From: Mobula hypostoma
Taxonomy: Eukaryota
Direction of reading: 5' to 3'
Assembly (NCBI RefSeq): GCF_963921235.1
Contig: NC_086097.1
Span: forward strand, 210,988,001-211,052,000
DNA length: 64,000 nt
Part shown: positions 13,032 through 26,667 of the stretch, piece by piece
Position numbering within the stretch: position 1 is the stretch's first letter
Layout of the letters: each line of letters opens with the position of its first letter
Made by a program: the position numbers and the translations under genes
Notes under the pieces: model-generated
Seen by the model: only the letters and a program-made list of their open reading frames with translations
What the model was told of the DNA's origin: nothing
The model's database searches: none

Positions 13032-15420
13032 TTAGTGTAATTGTGCAAGAACATATAGCCTGCTATGGAGCTTGTTAACTCCTGAAAATCCGGCTGACAA
13101 AATGTTCAGGCAAATCATAGACACTCTCCAACAGCATTTAAACCCCAAACCGCTGGTCTTTGCTGAAAGATTTAAATTCCATAAACAGAATCAGAGCAAA
13201 GATGAATGCATTTCTGAATACTGTGCTGAATTGCCCAAATTATCAGAACATTGTCGATTTGGAGCTGGTCTATCAGACGCATTGAGGGATGGGTTGGTGT
13301 GTGGCATGCACTGTGAAACCACACAGAAGAAGCTCCTGTGTGAAAAAGACCTTACATTCGAGAAAGCGCTAAACATCTCAATATCATTAGAAACAGCCGC
13401 ATAAGGTGCTTCAGAGATACAACAAAAATCTCTGGAATACGCTACTAATAAAATGTCACTGCGCACAAAATGAAAGAAAGCAATTCTGATGAAAATGACT
13501 CAGACAAAAGTGAATTGCCTTGTCTGCCACTTCACAGCATGGAAGAGACAGATGATCGAAGAGTAATATGGATCACTCCACAAGTGGCAGGCGTGAGACT
13601 GAAAATGAAGTTGGACCCAGGCTCAGCCTTAACAGTCTGTATGCGACTACAAACGACTGTTTTTGCACATACCTCTGAAACGAACTAAACTACTGCTAAA
13701 CACCTAGACAAGACAGAAAGTGCATCCCGAAGGCAAAGTTAAACTGACAGTGACCCACAGAGGTAAAACATAGCAGCTGAACCTCTATGTACTGAAAAAT
13801 GAAGGACCACCATTGCTGGGAGGTGAACGGCTCAGGAAAATCCAGTTGGATTGGCACACCATCAAGGCACCAGATGTGTCAGCAAAGGAGGGCAGCAAGG
13901 CTACATTTACTTGTCACAAATACTTGCTGACTCTGAGGAAGTGTTCATGAAAGGAATAGGAACATTTCAGGCATGAAGGCGAAGATTGAGGAAAATGCAT
14001 GTCCAAAATTTCACAAAGCCAGACCAGTGCCATATGCAATCCGTCCTTCAGTAGAGGCAGAGCTGAAAAATCTGGAGCAGACTAGGGTCCTGTCAAAGGT
14101 GGATTGGAGTGAATGGGCCACACTTATTGTTCCAGTGATGAAGAAAACCTCCAGCACAAAACCAGGAAAACCAAGCAAGGTGCGCATATGTGGAGACTTT
14201 AAAGTGATTGTTAACCCAGTTTTCTGCACAGTACAGTATCCTCTACCTCATATTGAGGACATCTTTGCTTCCTTGTCAGGAGGGGAACATTTCACAAGAA
14301 TTGATTTGGCCCAGGCTTATCTCCAAATGGAAATCAAGGAAGCATCCAAGAAATACCTGACAATAAATACACACAAAGGACTTTACCAGTACTACAGGTT
14401 GGTGTTTGGGATAGCATCAGCTCCTGCAATCTGGCAAAGGGCAATGGACCAGGTCCTGGCAGGGGATTCCAGGGACTCAGAGTTACCCGGATGACATCAT
14501 TGTCACTGGCAAGGATGACAACAAACATCATTCTAACCTAAACCATCCATCCACAAATGGCTTGGCAGAAAGATTTGTGCAGACGTTCATGAAAGCCCTT
14601 AAGGCAAGGGACAGCAAAAATCAACCACTACAACACAAGATAGACAGCTTCCTCCTTGCCTATCGTAATCTAGTACATTCAACTGCTAACCAGACCCCAG
14701 CAATGATGTTTCTGAACAGGGACCTGAGATCCCGCATGGACCTTCTCAAACCAAGTGTACGGCGTAATGTAGAGAACAGACAGTTCAAACACTTGAATGT
14801 TAAGTCAACATGGAGCTTCAATGTGGGACAGTCAGTTCTTGCACAGGATTACCAGACTGAAAAGTGGCAGCTGGGTATAATTTCCACCATAGACTGGCCA
14901 CTGATGTATAGAGTACAGGTGGGAGAGAATGTATGGAGATTTCATGTGAATCAGATCCGGGACACTCAGGAGAAAAACTCAACAACACCTTGCCCGGACT
15001 CCCATGATATAGAAGCACATCATGTGGATCAAATCCTGAATGCTCAGGTGGAAAACATCTTGCCCTGACTCCCCGGACATAGAAGCAAACACTCCTGATA
15101 TGACCACATCAGCTTCGCCCACAGATAAGCCTGTCATCAGTGCTGAGGACCCACTTGATGTACCTGTGGAGACTAATTCCCCAAAGCAAACGTTTCAGGA
15201 CAGATGTTACCTGGAGATGCAGAGAAGGGGCCCCCAGGGACTTCAGTTATAATAATAATTATTATTATTACGTTACTTTGTTATAATTTCATATTATTAC
15301 ATTACTAATTAAATAGTTGGTGGGTATTTGTTTATTAAGGGTACACACACAGTATTTGTTTAATGTAGTGCCCGCTAACTTAAAAAAAAAGTTGATACAC
15401 TTAAAATAAAAGGGGAGGAG

Positions 15421-15613
15421 TGTACCATATAGTCTACTGTATAATATGGGACTATTTTATGTCGTAGTAACATGTTATTGAGCATGCGCTATTCGGCGTG
15501 TATTGATCTGTATATATGTGTTCAGTTCAGGCTCCGTAAGTAAAAAGCTCTGTTAACTTGGATCCAATCTCTAGCATTTTTATTTATAGTTTTGTTGTGA
15601 AACATACACAACA
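15421..15613 (+). repeat. 3' LTR
   Basis: Direct repeat of 11308-11500, preceded by the PPT. Confidence 0.95.
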
Positions 15614-15679
15614 ATGCCACAGGCTGTGAGACTTCTGAACACCCTGCTACCACCCAGTACACGTTATTTATGCAATTAT

Positions 15680-15898
15680 GTTGTTGTTGTTCAGTCATTT
15701 AGTCGAATCTGACTCTTTGTGACCATGGACCATTGATTGGGTCCATAGGGTTTTCATGGCAAAATACAGAAGTGGATTGTCAGGCCTTTCTTCTGCAGAG
15801 ATAACTACTGCTGCCCAGGTTGGAACCTGCCTGGGTTTGAACTCAGGACCATCTGCCTTGAAGTCTGGTGCTAATGCCATGACACCACCAACCGGCCC
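15680..15898 (-). mobile_element. tRNA-headed SINE with RTE/BovB-like 3' end
   Basis: A-box-like TGGTGTCATGG and B-box GAGTTCAAACC. 3' end GGTCACAAAGAGTCAGATTCGACTAAATGACTGAA followed by (CAA)n. Confidence 0.75.
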
Positions 15899-18269
15899 AT
15901 GTTGCATTATACTGTTGTAGATTTAACTATATGTCCTATATGCACTTTATGTCAACTTGTACATTGGCATATATTAACATTATTATTATTGTGTCAGTAT
16001 TATTTTATGTGCTGTATGTAATATATGTTCTGTGTTTTGCACCTTGGTCCCTGAAGAACATTATTTTGTTTATGTTTGAATGACTATCAACTTGAACTTG
16101 AAGTGGTCTCTTGCCACTGAAATCATTATCCAGCTACTATTGGTGTAAATGTATTCACTTTTTGAAACTTAATTTTACCATCATAAATTTTAAACCTTTA
16201 ATATTACAATATTTACCTTCAGAATTACTCTTAACAGCTAACTGTGTTTTCTCTTCCTAATCTTTCTCTCCACCTCACCTGATAGCGACATCGTTTCCAT
16301 ACCAACGGCATTGACATGTTTAACACATAGTAAGCTTCTCTTGTTGTCCTATCTAATATATCAGAGGACAATGATCCAACCAATATCTTTTCTTATTTCT
16401 ATGCCTCAGTACCATCTGAAACCTCAAAATATAATGCTAACATAAAGTTAAAATTATTTTACAATACAATTTGCCAAAGACAATAATGATAAATTTCTGT
16501 AGGTTTTCTCAAATTCATCTACCACAGAAAAACATGAGAAGAGCACTGAGAATATTTACCCTTAATGTTGCCCTGCAGAGTTAATTGTGCTCACCTACAT
16601 AAATTCCATGGAAAGCAAGACATGAAAGGAGAGGGTTGCTGATTGAACAAGGCTTTTACTGCATAAATTCAGTCAACATGTCCCAAATTAGCTGTTATGA
16701 ATAGCATTGAGTGAAACAGTACATCAACAAATTGAGCAATTTGCAATTCAAACTAATTATCTGTGGTAATTAGGAAAAATCCAAAGCGTTACCATGGTAT
16801 TGATTCTACATCACAATAGCTGATAGAACAGATGTGTATTTTAAGGGCAGAAGTGCACTTTCTTGTATGCATGCTTTATTAAAAGGGAACTGAATAATCA
16901 TTAACATCACATGCAAGTTGGAAGAATACTTACCATTATGGACATGTTTTCTGCTCAGCTGTGTGCTAATGCTTCTTAAAATTGCAAACAGACTAATTTT
17001 GATGACTCGAGCAAATCAGCACATTTGTTTCCAAATGTGATAGTCTCAGTCAGAACAACAGCTCTGAAAATATTTCTTCATGGAAATCTGAGAAGGAATG
17101 GTTTGACAGTAATCCAACTGGTTTAACAGTGACCATGTAAATGAATAAGATCCCATGTTTTATATCAGGGTCAAAAATAATTCCCTGGAAGCAATTGAGT
17201 CAATAGCACTAGGGAAGTGAAAGAAATTAACATAGACCCTTTTCTGTTGTTGTTCGACAATTTGTATTGGGATATGCACATTTATGGATATGAAGTTAAA
17301 AAGGACAACATTTACCTCTAGTAATTTCCCTTTTTATTTCATCTCTGAAAGCTCCCTCTGTCTGTTTGCTTATTATTTTTATATTCTCCTTCTCATACAT
17401 TCACAGGGATTATCAGACAAGGGCTTCCCCACTCTGAGAAACACCACCACATATTTTTTGTGATTAGTTACAGGTAGGATATGTTGCTTGGAAGAAAGGA
17501 CACAATGCAATAAATATTTACCCTCTTTGAGCACATGTATCTGATGAAAAAGTAGATGAGTTTGCTCTGTAAGTAAAGTATTCGAAGTCAATGGAACTGG
17601 AACAAAGTCTGGTCACTGGCACGGTTCCCCTTTAAGACAGCTGAAGAGAGGATGTCACTTAGGTTTAAAAGTAGGTCTCAGGAAGTGTGGCTTTCAGCTA
17701 CCAATACCAACTATTCTGCTGGCAAATATAGAGTCTCTGGTAGTAAAACCAAAGATCTCAGAGCTAGATTGCTGTGCTAGAGGGACATTAAAAGCTATTG
17801 CATATTCTGCTTCACAGAATCTTGGTTATCCCTCAACAGTTCAGCTCCAGCAACACAGCTTGACTGTTTCCCAATACACCAGCAAGATAGTAGTGCTGAG
17901 ACTTTCAAAGGCAGAGGAGGTGGAGTATGCTTTCTGATCAACTCCTTGTAGCGTACAAATGTTGTGGTACTGTGCCAGCCCTGCTCACCCTACCTGGAAC
18001 AACTGGTGATCAAGTGCCGTCCATTTTACCTGCCACAGGAGATTTCAGTGATTATCTTGGTACATCCCACCTCAGGCCAGTGCAAAACAGGCTCAAGATA
18101 AACTGAACAATGTAATAAACAGGCACAAAACGGCGCATCATGATGCCATGCCTATCATTTTTGGGGATTTTAACCAGGTCAGCTTGAAAAAGTCTCTAAA
18201 TAATCATTACCAACAAATCAATTGTAGTACCAGAGGAACCAACACACTGGACCACTATTACACCACCAT

Positions 18270-18612
18270 TAGGATGCTGTCCAAGTTGCATGCCATCTTG
18301 GACAATGTCTCCCATCCACTGCATAATGGACTGGTTGGGCACAGGAGTACATTCAGCCAGAGACTCATTCCACCGAGATGCAACATAGAGCGTCATAGGA
18401 AGTCATTCCTGCCTGTGGCCATCAAACTTTACAACTCCTCCCTTGGAGGGTCAGACACCCTGAGACGATAGGCTGGTCCTTGGACTTAATTCCTGGCATA
18501 ATTTACATATTACTATTTAATTATTTATGGTTTTATTACTATTTAATTATTTATTGTGCAACTGTAGCGAAAACCAATTTCCCCCGGGATCAATAAAGTA
18601 TGACTATGACTA
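18270..18612 (+). mobile_element. Rex1-like 3' fragment with (TATGAC)n tail
   Basis: ILDNVSHPLH...RHRKSFLPVAIKLYN, then AATAAAG-TATGACTATGAC. Confidence 0.8.
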
Positions 18613-19014
18613 AGAGCGCTTACCATACTATTCCATGCCCTCACTTTTGAAAGTCTGGCTGTACATCTACATCCTGAGTATAGGCAGACACTTTAGACTA
18701 TACCACCAGTATTGAGAATCAAGAAGGTATGGTCAAGGGAGATGCAGGAGAGCTTTCAAGGCTGCTTTGAATCGGTGGATTGGACTGTACTTAGGGATTC
18801 ATCTTCAAGTCTGAATGAGTATGCCACAGCTGTCACTGACTTCATTGAAACCTGCGTGGATGAGTGTGTGCCTACGAGAACATACCATACATACCCAAAT
18901 CAAAAGCCATCGATGAATCAGGAGGTTCACAGTCTGCTGTGGGCTAGATCTGTGGCATTCAAGTCTGGCAACTCAGTTCTGTACGAGAAAACCAGGTACA
19001 ACTTGAGGAAGTGC

Positions 19015-19182
19015 AAACACGAGGAATTCTGCAGATGCTGGAAATTCAAGCAACACACATCAAAGTTGCTGGTGAACGCAGCAGGCCAGGCAGCATCTCT
19101 AGGAAGAGGTACAGTCGACGTTTCAGGCCGAGACCCTTCAACCCTCTTCCTAGAGATGCTGCCTGGCCTGCTGCGTTCACCA
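19015..19182. mobile_element. Penelope-like fold-back insertion
   Basis: Inverted arms. ACTTGAGGAAG duplicated at 19001-19011 and 19186-19196. Truncated minus-strand hammerhead lacking the CTGA. Confidence 0.85.
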
Positions 19183-20331
19183 ACGACTTGAGGAAGGCTA
19201 TCTCAAGAGCAAAGGAACAATTCCGAATGAGGTTAGAGGTGGAATCGGATGCATGTCAACTCTGGCTAGATTTTCAGGCCATTACTTCCTACAGAGCGAA
19301 ACCTAACATCATGAATGGTAGTGATGCTTCACTCCCAGATGAGCTGCACATCTTTTATGCACACTTGGAAAGGGAGAATAAAACTACAGCTATGACGGCC
19401 CCTGTGGCACCCTGTGGTCCCTGTCTCAGAGGCCAATGTAAGGCTTTCAACAGCGTGAACCCTCATGAGATGACAGCACCCAATGGAGTACCTGGTAGGG
19501 CTCTGAAAACCTGTGCCAAACAAATGGTGGGGGTGTTCAAAGACATTTTCAATCCCACATTGCCACAGTCGGAATTTCCCACCTGCTTCATAAGGGCAAC
19601 AATTATACCAGTGCCCAAGAAGAGCATGGTGACCTACCTTAAGAACTATCATCCAGTAACACTCAAATCCATAGTGATGAAGTGCTTTGAGAGGTTAGTT
19701 ATGGCTAGAGTTAACTCCAGTCTCAGCAAGGACTTGGACCCATTGCAATTTGCCTATTGCCACAGTAGGTCTATTGTGCTTAACACAATCATTCCTACAG
19801 TTCTGATTGAAAAACTCCAGAACCTGGGCCTCTATACACCCCTCTGCAACTGGATCCTCAACTTCCTAACCAGAAGACCACAATCTGTGCGGATTGGAAA
19901 TTTCACCTCACTGATAATCAATACTGGCACCTCAGAGACGTGTACTTAAGTCCATTGCTCTACTCTCTCTACAACCATGACTGTATGGCTAGGCACAGCT
20001 CAAATGCTGTCTGTAAATTTGCTGACAATACAACTATTGTTGGCAGAATTTTAGATGGTGCCGAGAGGGCGTACAGGGGTGAGATATATCAGATAGTTGA
20101 GTGGTATCACAGCAACAAACTCACACTCAACATCAGTAAAACCAAAGAACTGATTGTGGACTTCAGAAAAGGTAAGATGAGGGAACACCCTCCTGTCCTC
20201 ATAGAGGGGTCAGAAGTGGAAACACTGAGCAATTTCAAGTTTCCGTGTGTCAATATCTCTGAGGACCTAACCTGGTCCCAACAATAATGATGCAGCTACA
20301 AAGAAGGCACGACAGCAGATATGTTTCATTC

Positions 20332-20667
20332 AGAAACATAGAACTCCACAGCACATTATAGGTCCTTCAGCCCACAATGTGCCGACCATGTAACCTACTC
20401 TAGAAACTGCCTAGAATTTCCCTAGCCCATATGCTCCATGTACTTATAGAAGAGTCTCTTAAAAGACCCTATTGTATTCGCCTCTATCACTTTCACTGGC
20501 AGTGCATTCCACACACCCACCACTATCTGTGTCAAAATGTTACCTCTGACATCCCTCTTCTACCTACTTCCAAGCACCTTAAAACTATACCCCGTCGTGT
20601 TCGCCATTTCAGCCCTGGGAAAAGGCCTCTGGCTATCCATACGATCAATGCCACTCACCATCTTATA
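20332..20667 (-). mobile_element. CR1 3' end fragment (short recurrent family)
   Basis: Same sequence family as 41075-41498, 57304-57658, 58140-58467 and 59855-60015. Confidence 0.8.
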
Positions 20668-21849
20668 GTTTGGGGAGTTTGGTATGTCACCAAAAACTCT
20701 CACAAATTTCTACAGATGTACCATGGAGAGCATTCCAACTGGCTGCATCACTGTCTGGATGGGGACTTCTACATAGGATTGAAATAAGCTGCAGAGGGTT
20801 GTAAACTTAGTCAGCTCCTTCATGAGCACTAGCCTCTGTAGTATCCAGGATATCTTCAAGAATCGATGCCTCAAAAAGGCGGCATCCATCATTAAGGATC
20901 CCCATCACCGAGGTCATGCCTTGTTCTCATTGCTACCACCAATGAGGTACAGGAAGGAGATACAGTAGCCTGAAGGTACACATTCAATGATTCAGGAACA
21001 GCTTCTTCCCTTCTGCCATCTGATTTCTGAATGGACATTGAAACCATGAATGCTACCTCACCACTTTTTTATTTCAATTTTTGAACTACTTATTTAATTT
21101 AACTACTATATATATTTGCTGTAATTCAGTTTTTTCTATTATTATGTATTGCATTGTACTGCTGCTGAAAAGTCAACAGATTTCATGTCATATGCCAGTG
21201 TTATTAAACCTGTTTCTGATTATGAAGTATTCTTAAAAACTAGAATAATCCTTTGTGACTAGCAGTGTAAATTAACTTAATTGTTTTCAGCAAACATGAC
21301 TTGTGGGTATTGGGATGAAAGGTTTCTTTCTTTCAAAAATACCTCCTTAGATGCATCTGAATACCAAGCTGTGGAAACCCTACAGATCTGCCATACTAGG
21401 CATTTCCCTCAATATTCTATTAAAACCAAATGCATCCTTTCAAATGGCTAAAAATTTACAAAGGCTTCACACCAAATTTCCCGTGCACGCAGCAGTTGTA
21501 AACTACCGATAATTGGCATTTATATGCTAAGTTCATACTGCCTTGTAAATGAAGCCCTAAGAGGATAAATCTGCACGTTAGCAAGAGATGCCATATGGAC
21601 AGTCAGACTTCCCACTTCGCAATTAATTCAGAAATCAGAAGAAAGTACAAACTAATTTTTCTTTGCTATAAATTCAAATTGAGTTAACTCCCAACATCTG
21701 TTGGCTAATTCCACAGATAAAAATTGTTTCAGTTATTGAAACAAAGCTGTCAGAATGAGAGTTATATGGAAGGAGCTAGCATTGAAGTGTGCAGGGAACT
21801 TCGTATTTTGTTGAGTATCAACCATCAGAAATGTAGAAGATTTGCAGGA

Positions 21850-21919
21850 CTACAGCTTCTCCGCTGTACGTGACTGTGCCTCATCTTCAGTGAGCTTACT
21901 GTGCTCCTTCTGAGTCAGC
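21850..21919 (-). CDS. Possible terminal exon of an unidentified host gene
   Basis: Acceptor TTCTCTTGTTGCAG followed by LTQKEHSKLTEDEAQSRTAEKL* (or ADSEGAQ* in phase 0), in non-repetitive DNA. No homology recognised. Confidence 0.25.
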
Positions 21920-22246
21920 CTGCAACAAGAGAATAGTGATGGAGGTCATTATGATGGTTGCCAATCATTACGATTCTATTCGTACAACTGAATCATGACA
22001 ATATTTGACTAAGCAGTGAGATAGAAATTCCAGCTTGGTCCTTGCTATGGAAAAATCCGATTTGTTGCAGATATTTCCTTTCATGCTCGGCTCCTGGGTG
22101 ACAAACAGAATCAACCATAAATTGGTTAGAATTGAAGTTGCTTGATTCACTTAATGTTTCAACATTTCCTATTCATTTTTTTTGGAAGTAACATCCAATT
22201 TACCATTTCTATTGAACACAGTTTTTATGCCTTCCTTTAGAGGTGG

Positions 22247-22712
22247 CAGTGATGAAGGTAGAGCAGTAGACATGGTGTATATGGATTTTAGTAAGACATT
22301 TGACAAGGTTTCCCATGGTAGGCTCATTCAGAAAGTCAGGAGGCATGGGATCCAGGGAAACTTGACTGCGTGGATTCAGAATTGGCTTGGCCACAGAGGG
22401 CATAAGGTGGTAGAAGATGGAGCGTATTCTGCCCGGAGGACAGTTACCAGTGCTATTCCGCTGGCATCTGTTCTGGGACCCCTCCTCTTTATGAAGTTCA
22501 TCAATGACTTGGATGAGGAAGTGGAAGGGTGGGTTAGTAAGTTTGCACAAAGGTCAGCAGTGTTGTGGATAGTGTAGAGGGTTGTGGTAAGTTACAATGA
22601 GACATTGACAGAATGCATAGCTGGGCTGAGAAGTTGCAGATGGATTTCAGTCCAGAAAAGTGTGAAGTGATGCACTTTGGAAGATCAAACTTGAAGGCAG
22701 AGTACAAAGTAC
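22247..22712 (+). mobile_element. CR1 RT fragment
   Basis: VYMDFSKTFDKVSHGRL and SVLGPLLF...INDLDE. Confidence 0.85.
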
Positions 22713-23509
22713 AACACCAAGATGACACCAAGCTGCAGATTCCCTTGAAGTCACGGCTCTGATCTAGTTGCCTTTAAGTTATTTCGTAGGTTCATAGGAA
22801 TGGTTTTGGCAGACAAAGAGGGATTAGGAGTCGGGTTATGTGGGGGAATTAGAGGTCAACTTGGAGTCTAAGTTTCTACTCCACATTGAGAGGCCAGCAA
22901 TGAAGATATGGGACATCTGTGGTTGGATGTCAGCTGTCGGGCTGACACACCAGCAGAGAAAATAGCTGGTGGTCCACTAGTTGCCAGCAACATTGGAGTT
23001 ATGTGTGGGCAGGAGGAATGAAGTCCGATGACCCCCTAAAAGTTGGAGGCCTAGTGTTTGCCATCCTGTCAGTTGCAAGTCCAGAGTTTGAGGCCTAGCT
23101 TTCTATGATTGGTGGGTCCTGGGGTCGATGCCAAAAATCAAGGCATAAGGGTCAAATCAGAAGCCCAGAAGCTGAGGCCTGAGTCTGAGAATTTTTACAT
23201 GTCCAGTGGGGAAGGTGAAGCCCAATGTCTGCAAGCTTGGGTCTACTGGATGTGGGAGATTGAAGAATACTGCCTGACCTGAGGACTGTGTGTGGATGGG
23301 TGGGGAGAATGGGCTTGCTTTGCTATTGTTCTGTTACTGTATTCTGTTGTTGTTGCTATTACTTGGGTTGTTATGCAAATGTGGTGAGCATACTCTATTG
23401 GTACCAGAGTTGCAACATGTATGGGCTGCCCCCAACACATCCTGTTGTTCTGGAATGGAAATAGAGAACAATTAAGTATAGCATTTTTGTATCTATCATC
23501 AGGTAACGT

Positions 23510-25397
23510 GAATGAACCAGGAGATACGTCATCTGCTGAAGGCTAGATCTGTGGCATTCACGTCTGGCAACCCAGGCCTGTACCAGAAAACCAGATATGA
23601 TTTGCGGAGGGCTATTTCAAGGGCGAAGGGACAATTTCAAACGAGGTTGGAGGCGATATCAGATGTACGGCAACTCTGGCAAGGACTACAAGATATTACC
23701 TCCTACAAGGTGAATGGCAGCAATGTTTCACTAACAGATGAACTCAATGCCTTCTATGCACGCTTTTAAAGGGAGAACACGACTACAGCTGTGAAGATCC
23801 CTGCTGCACCTAATGACCCTGTGATCTCTGTCTCAGAAGCCGTTGTTAGGCTGTCTTTAAAGACGTGAACCTTCGCAAGGCAGCAGATCCTGATGAAGTA
23901 CCTGGTAAGGCTCTGAAACCCTCTGCCAACCAACTAGCAGACGTATTCAAGGACATTTTCAACCTCTCACTGCTACGGGCAGAAGTTCCCTCTTGCTTCA
24001 AAAAGGCAACAATTATACCAGTGCCAAAGAAGAATAATGTGGGCTGCCTTAACGACTATCGCCTGGTAGCACTCACATCGACAGTGAAGAAATGCTTTGA
24101 GAGATTGGTTATGGCTAGATTGCACTCCTGCCTCAGCAAGGACTTGGACCCATTGCAACCTGCCTTTCAATAGGTCAACGGCAGACGCAATCTCCATGGC
24201 TCTTCACACGGCTTTAGACCACCTAGACAACAAAAACACTTACGTCAGGATGCTGTTCATCAACTATAGTTCAGCATTTAATACCATCATTCCCACAATC
24301 CTGATTGAGAAGTTGCAGAACCTGGGCCTCTGTACCTTCCTGTGTCATTGGATCCTCGACTTCCTAACTGGAAGACCACAGTCTGTACGGATTGGTGATA
24401 ACATTTCCTCTTCGCTGACGATCAACACTGGCGCACCTCAGGGGTGTGTGCTTAGCCCACTGCTCTACTCTCTGTATACACGACTGTGTGGCTAGGCATA
24501 GCTCAAATACCATCTATAAATTTGCTGACAATACAACAATTGTTGGTAGAATCGCAGGTAGTGATGAGAGTGAGATATGCCAATTAGTGGAATGGTGCCG
24601 CAGCAACAACCTGGCACTCAACGTCAGTAAGACGAAAGAGCTGATTGTGGACTTCAGGAAAGGTAAGACAAAGAAACACATTCTCATAGAGGGATCAGAA
24701 GTGGAAAGAGTGAACAGTTTGAAGTTCCTGGGTGTCAAGATCTCTGAGGATCTAACCTGGTCCCAACATATCGATGTAGTCATAAAGAAGACAAGTCAGT
24801 GGCTATACTTTATTAGGAGTTTGGAGAGATTTGGCATTTCAACAAATACACTCTAAAACTTCTATAATTGTACTGTGGAGAGCATTCCGATAGTCTACAT
24901 CACTGTCTGGTATGGAGGGGCTACTGCACAGGACCGAAAGAAGCTACAGAAGGTTGTAAATCTAGTCAGCTCCATCTTGGGTACTAGCCTACAAAGTAAC
25001 CAGGACATCTTTAGGGAGCGGTGTCTCAGAAAGGCAGCGTCCATTATTAAGGACCTCCAGCACCCAGGGCATGCCCTTTCCTCTCTGTTACCATCAGGTA
25101 GGAAAGGCACACACTCAGCGATTCAGGAACAGCTTCTTTCCCGCTGCCATCCGATTACTGAATGGACTTTGAAGCTTTGGACACTACCTCACTTTTTTAA
25201 TATACAGTATTTCTGTTTTTGCACATTTTTAAATAATCTATTCAATATGTGTAATTTACTTGTTTATTTATTGTTATGTTTTATTTTATTTATTACTATT
25301 TTTTTCTGTCTCTGATAGATTATGTATTACATTGAACTGCTGCTGCTAAGTTCACAAATTTCAGTCATGTACCGGTGATAATAAACCTAATTCTGAT
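23510..25397 (+). mobile_element. Rex1/Babar LINE, 5'-truncated
   Basis: [29 protein letters not shown] and KFADNTT. AATAAA+CCTAATTCTGAT end. Confidence 0.92.
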
Positions 25398-26667
25398 AAT
25401 CTGGACACATTAAAATTAATGGTAGATACTCTTTTCTGATACAATTGCTTCAGCTGCAATCATGAAAATAACATTCTTAAATGCATCAAATAATGGCTTT
25501 AATGCAAGTTACAACATACATAATTCTGTTTAGTGATTTAGCACTGTTGGTATATGGAAGATTTTACATTTGTACTTAATCAATTCATTTTGGATAAAAA
25601 TTGAACAATAACTTCATTTCAGGGGAACCACTTTGCCTAATGTGTCCAAAGTGGAAATTCTGCTTGAAAATGTCTCCAGGAGTGAGGTACTTCTCTCTTT
25701 GCTTTGTGCAAACATGCTTCAAAGAAAATACTTGACAGATGATTATATTTATTAACTTGCTAGCAAGGAGAAAATGACATGCTTCATTGTTATAAGGATA
25801 ATGAACAAAGATTAATTCACCAAAAACAATATTCTATATTGTCTTTTAAATACTTCATCAATCAACTGAACATATCTGGTGTTTTATTACCAACTTTGTT
25901 TTGCAATGTGTTCATTAGTGCCCCTTTTGGAAGATGAAGAACAAGAACATTGGAACATTTTGTTAAACTAGGTTATGTAACGTTGATTTCTCTACAACTT
26001 TTAACTAAATTGATTCCGGTCCCTATTAGTCATCCATCTATGATATTTACTCAGCTCATTTTTTTTCTCCCTTTTTTTTCCTTCTGTCCAACCTGACCTG
26101 TGGGATGTGTCTTTCTGTTCTACATTTTGCAACATCTACATTCTCCTTTCTATGCTTTTTTTGCTTATGTTCTCCCTTGCCTATCTCAAGTACGAATAAG
26201 AAATGATTCATTTTGAAATCAAATGTGATATCATTTATTGTGTAGAAAATATAGGATTAATGTAATCATACTGAAAACCAAACAGATTATTTACACAGAT
26301 ATAAACTAGTTATTCTATGTCTGTCATTGACAGATAAAATTAAATATTCTTTCATGCGTCCACCAAAATAAATAGCAAACCTGGTGTACTGTAGGTTCAA
26401 AGTTCAAAGTACATCATGCTGGGTTCCTGCCCCTACCATAGTACTAATTTAGTTCCTGTCTAGATTACCACTGATAGCCTATGTGAGTTTGACCAAGGTA
26501 ATCTAGCCGTTAACATATGAAACCCCTTTTTACTGGGCATCTCTGGAAATGCAGCTCGTTAACCCCTCGCTAATAGCCATCAGATTCTTCAGCGGAACCC
26601 AGCTTTCTCCAGCTTCATATGTCTAGGGAGTATATGACTTTGGTCCCACCAAAAACAAAGGAGCTGG

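Larger units (their letters stand above)
11308..15613 (+). mobile_element. Gypsy LTR retrotransposon with both LTRs, internally deleted and disrupted
   Basis: 193-bp LTRs at 11308-11500 and 15421-15613 (TG...CA). PBS-like TGGCAACGAGG follows the 5' LTR and PPT AAAGGGGAGGAG precedes the 3' LTR. gag starts at 11851, RT 13973-14540 (VRICGDFK), integrase C-terminus 14541-15068. Confidence 0.95.
17640..21222 (+). mobile_element. Near-complete Rex1/Babar LINE ORF (APE endonuclease + RT), decayed, with three nested inserts
   Basis: PTILLAN, RGGGVCF and GDFN (APE); [15 protein letters not shown] and KFADNTT (RT). Inserts at 18270-18612, 19015-19182 and 20332-20667. Confidence 0.9.

Noticed and set aside
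19011..19949. 312-aa ORF with a novel-looking N-terminus
   Set aside because: Chance read-through from the PLE hairpin into Rex1 RT sequence.
22720..23445. Repeat-like segment between CR1 and Rex1 (also 26400-26660 and 27375-27640)
   Set aside because: Probably LINE UTR or LTR debris, but no termini or motifs to classify it.
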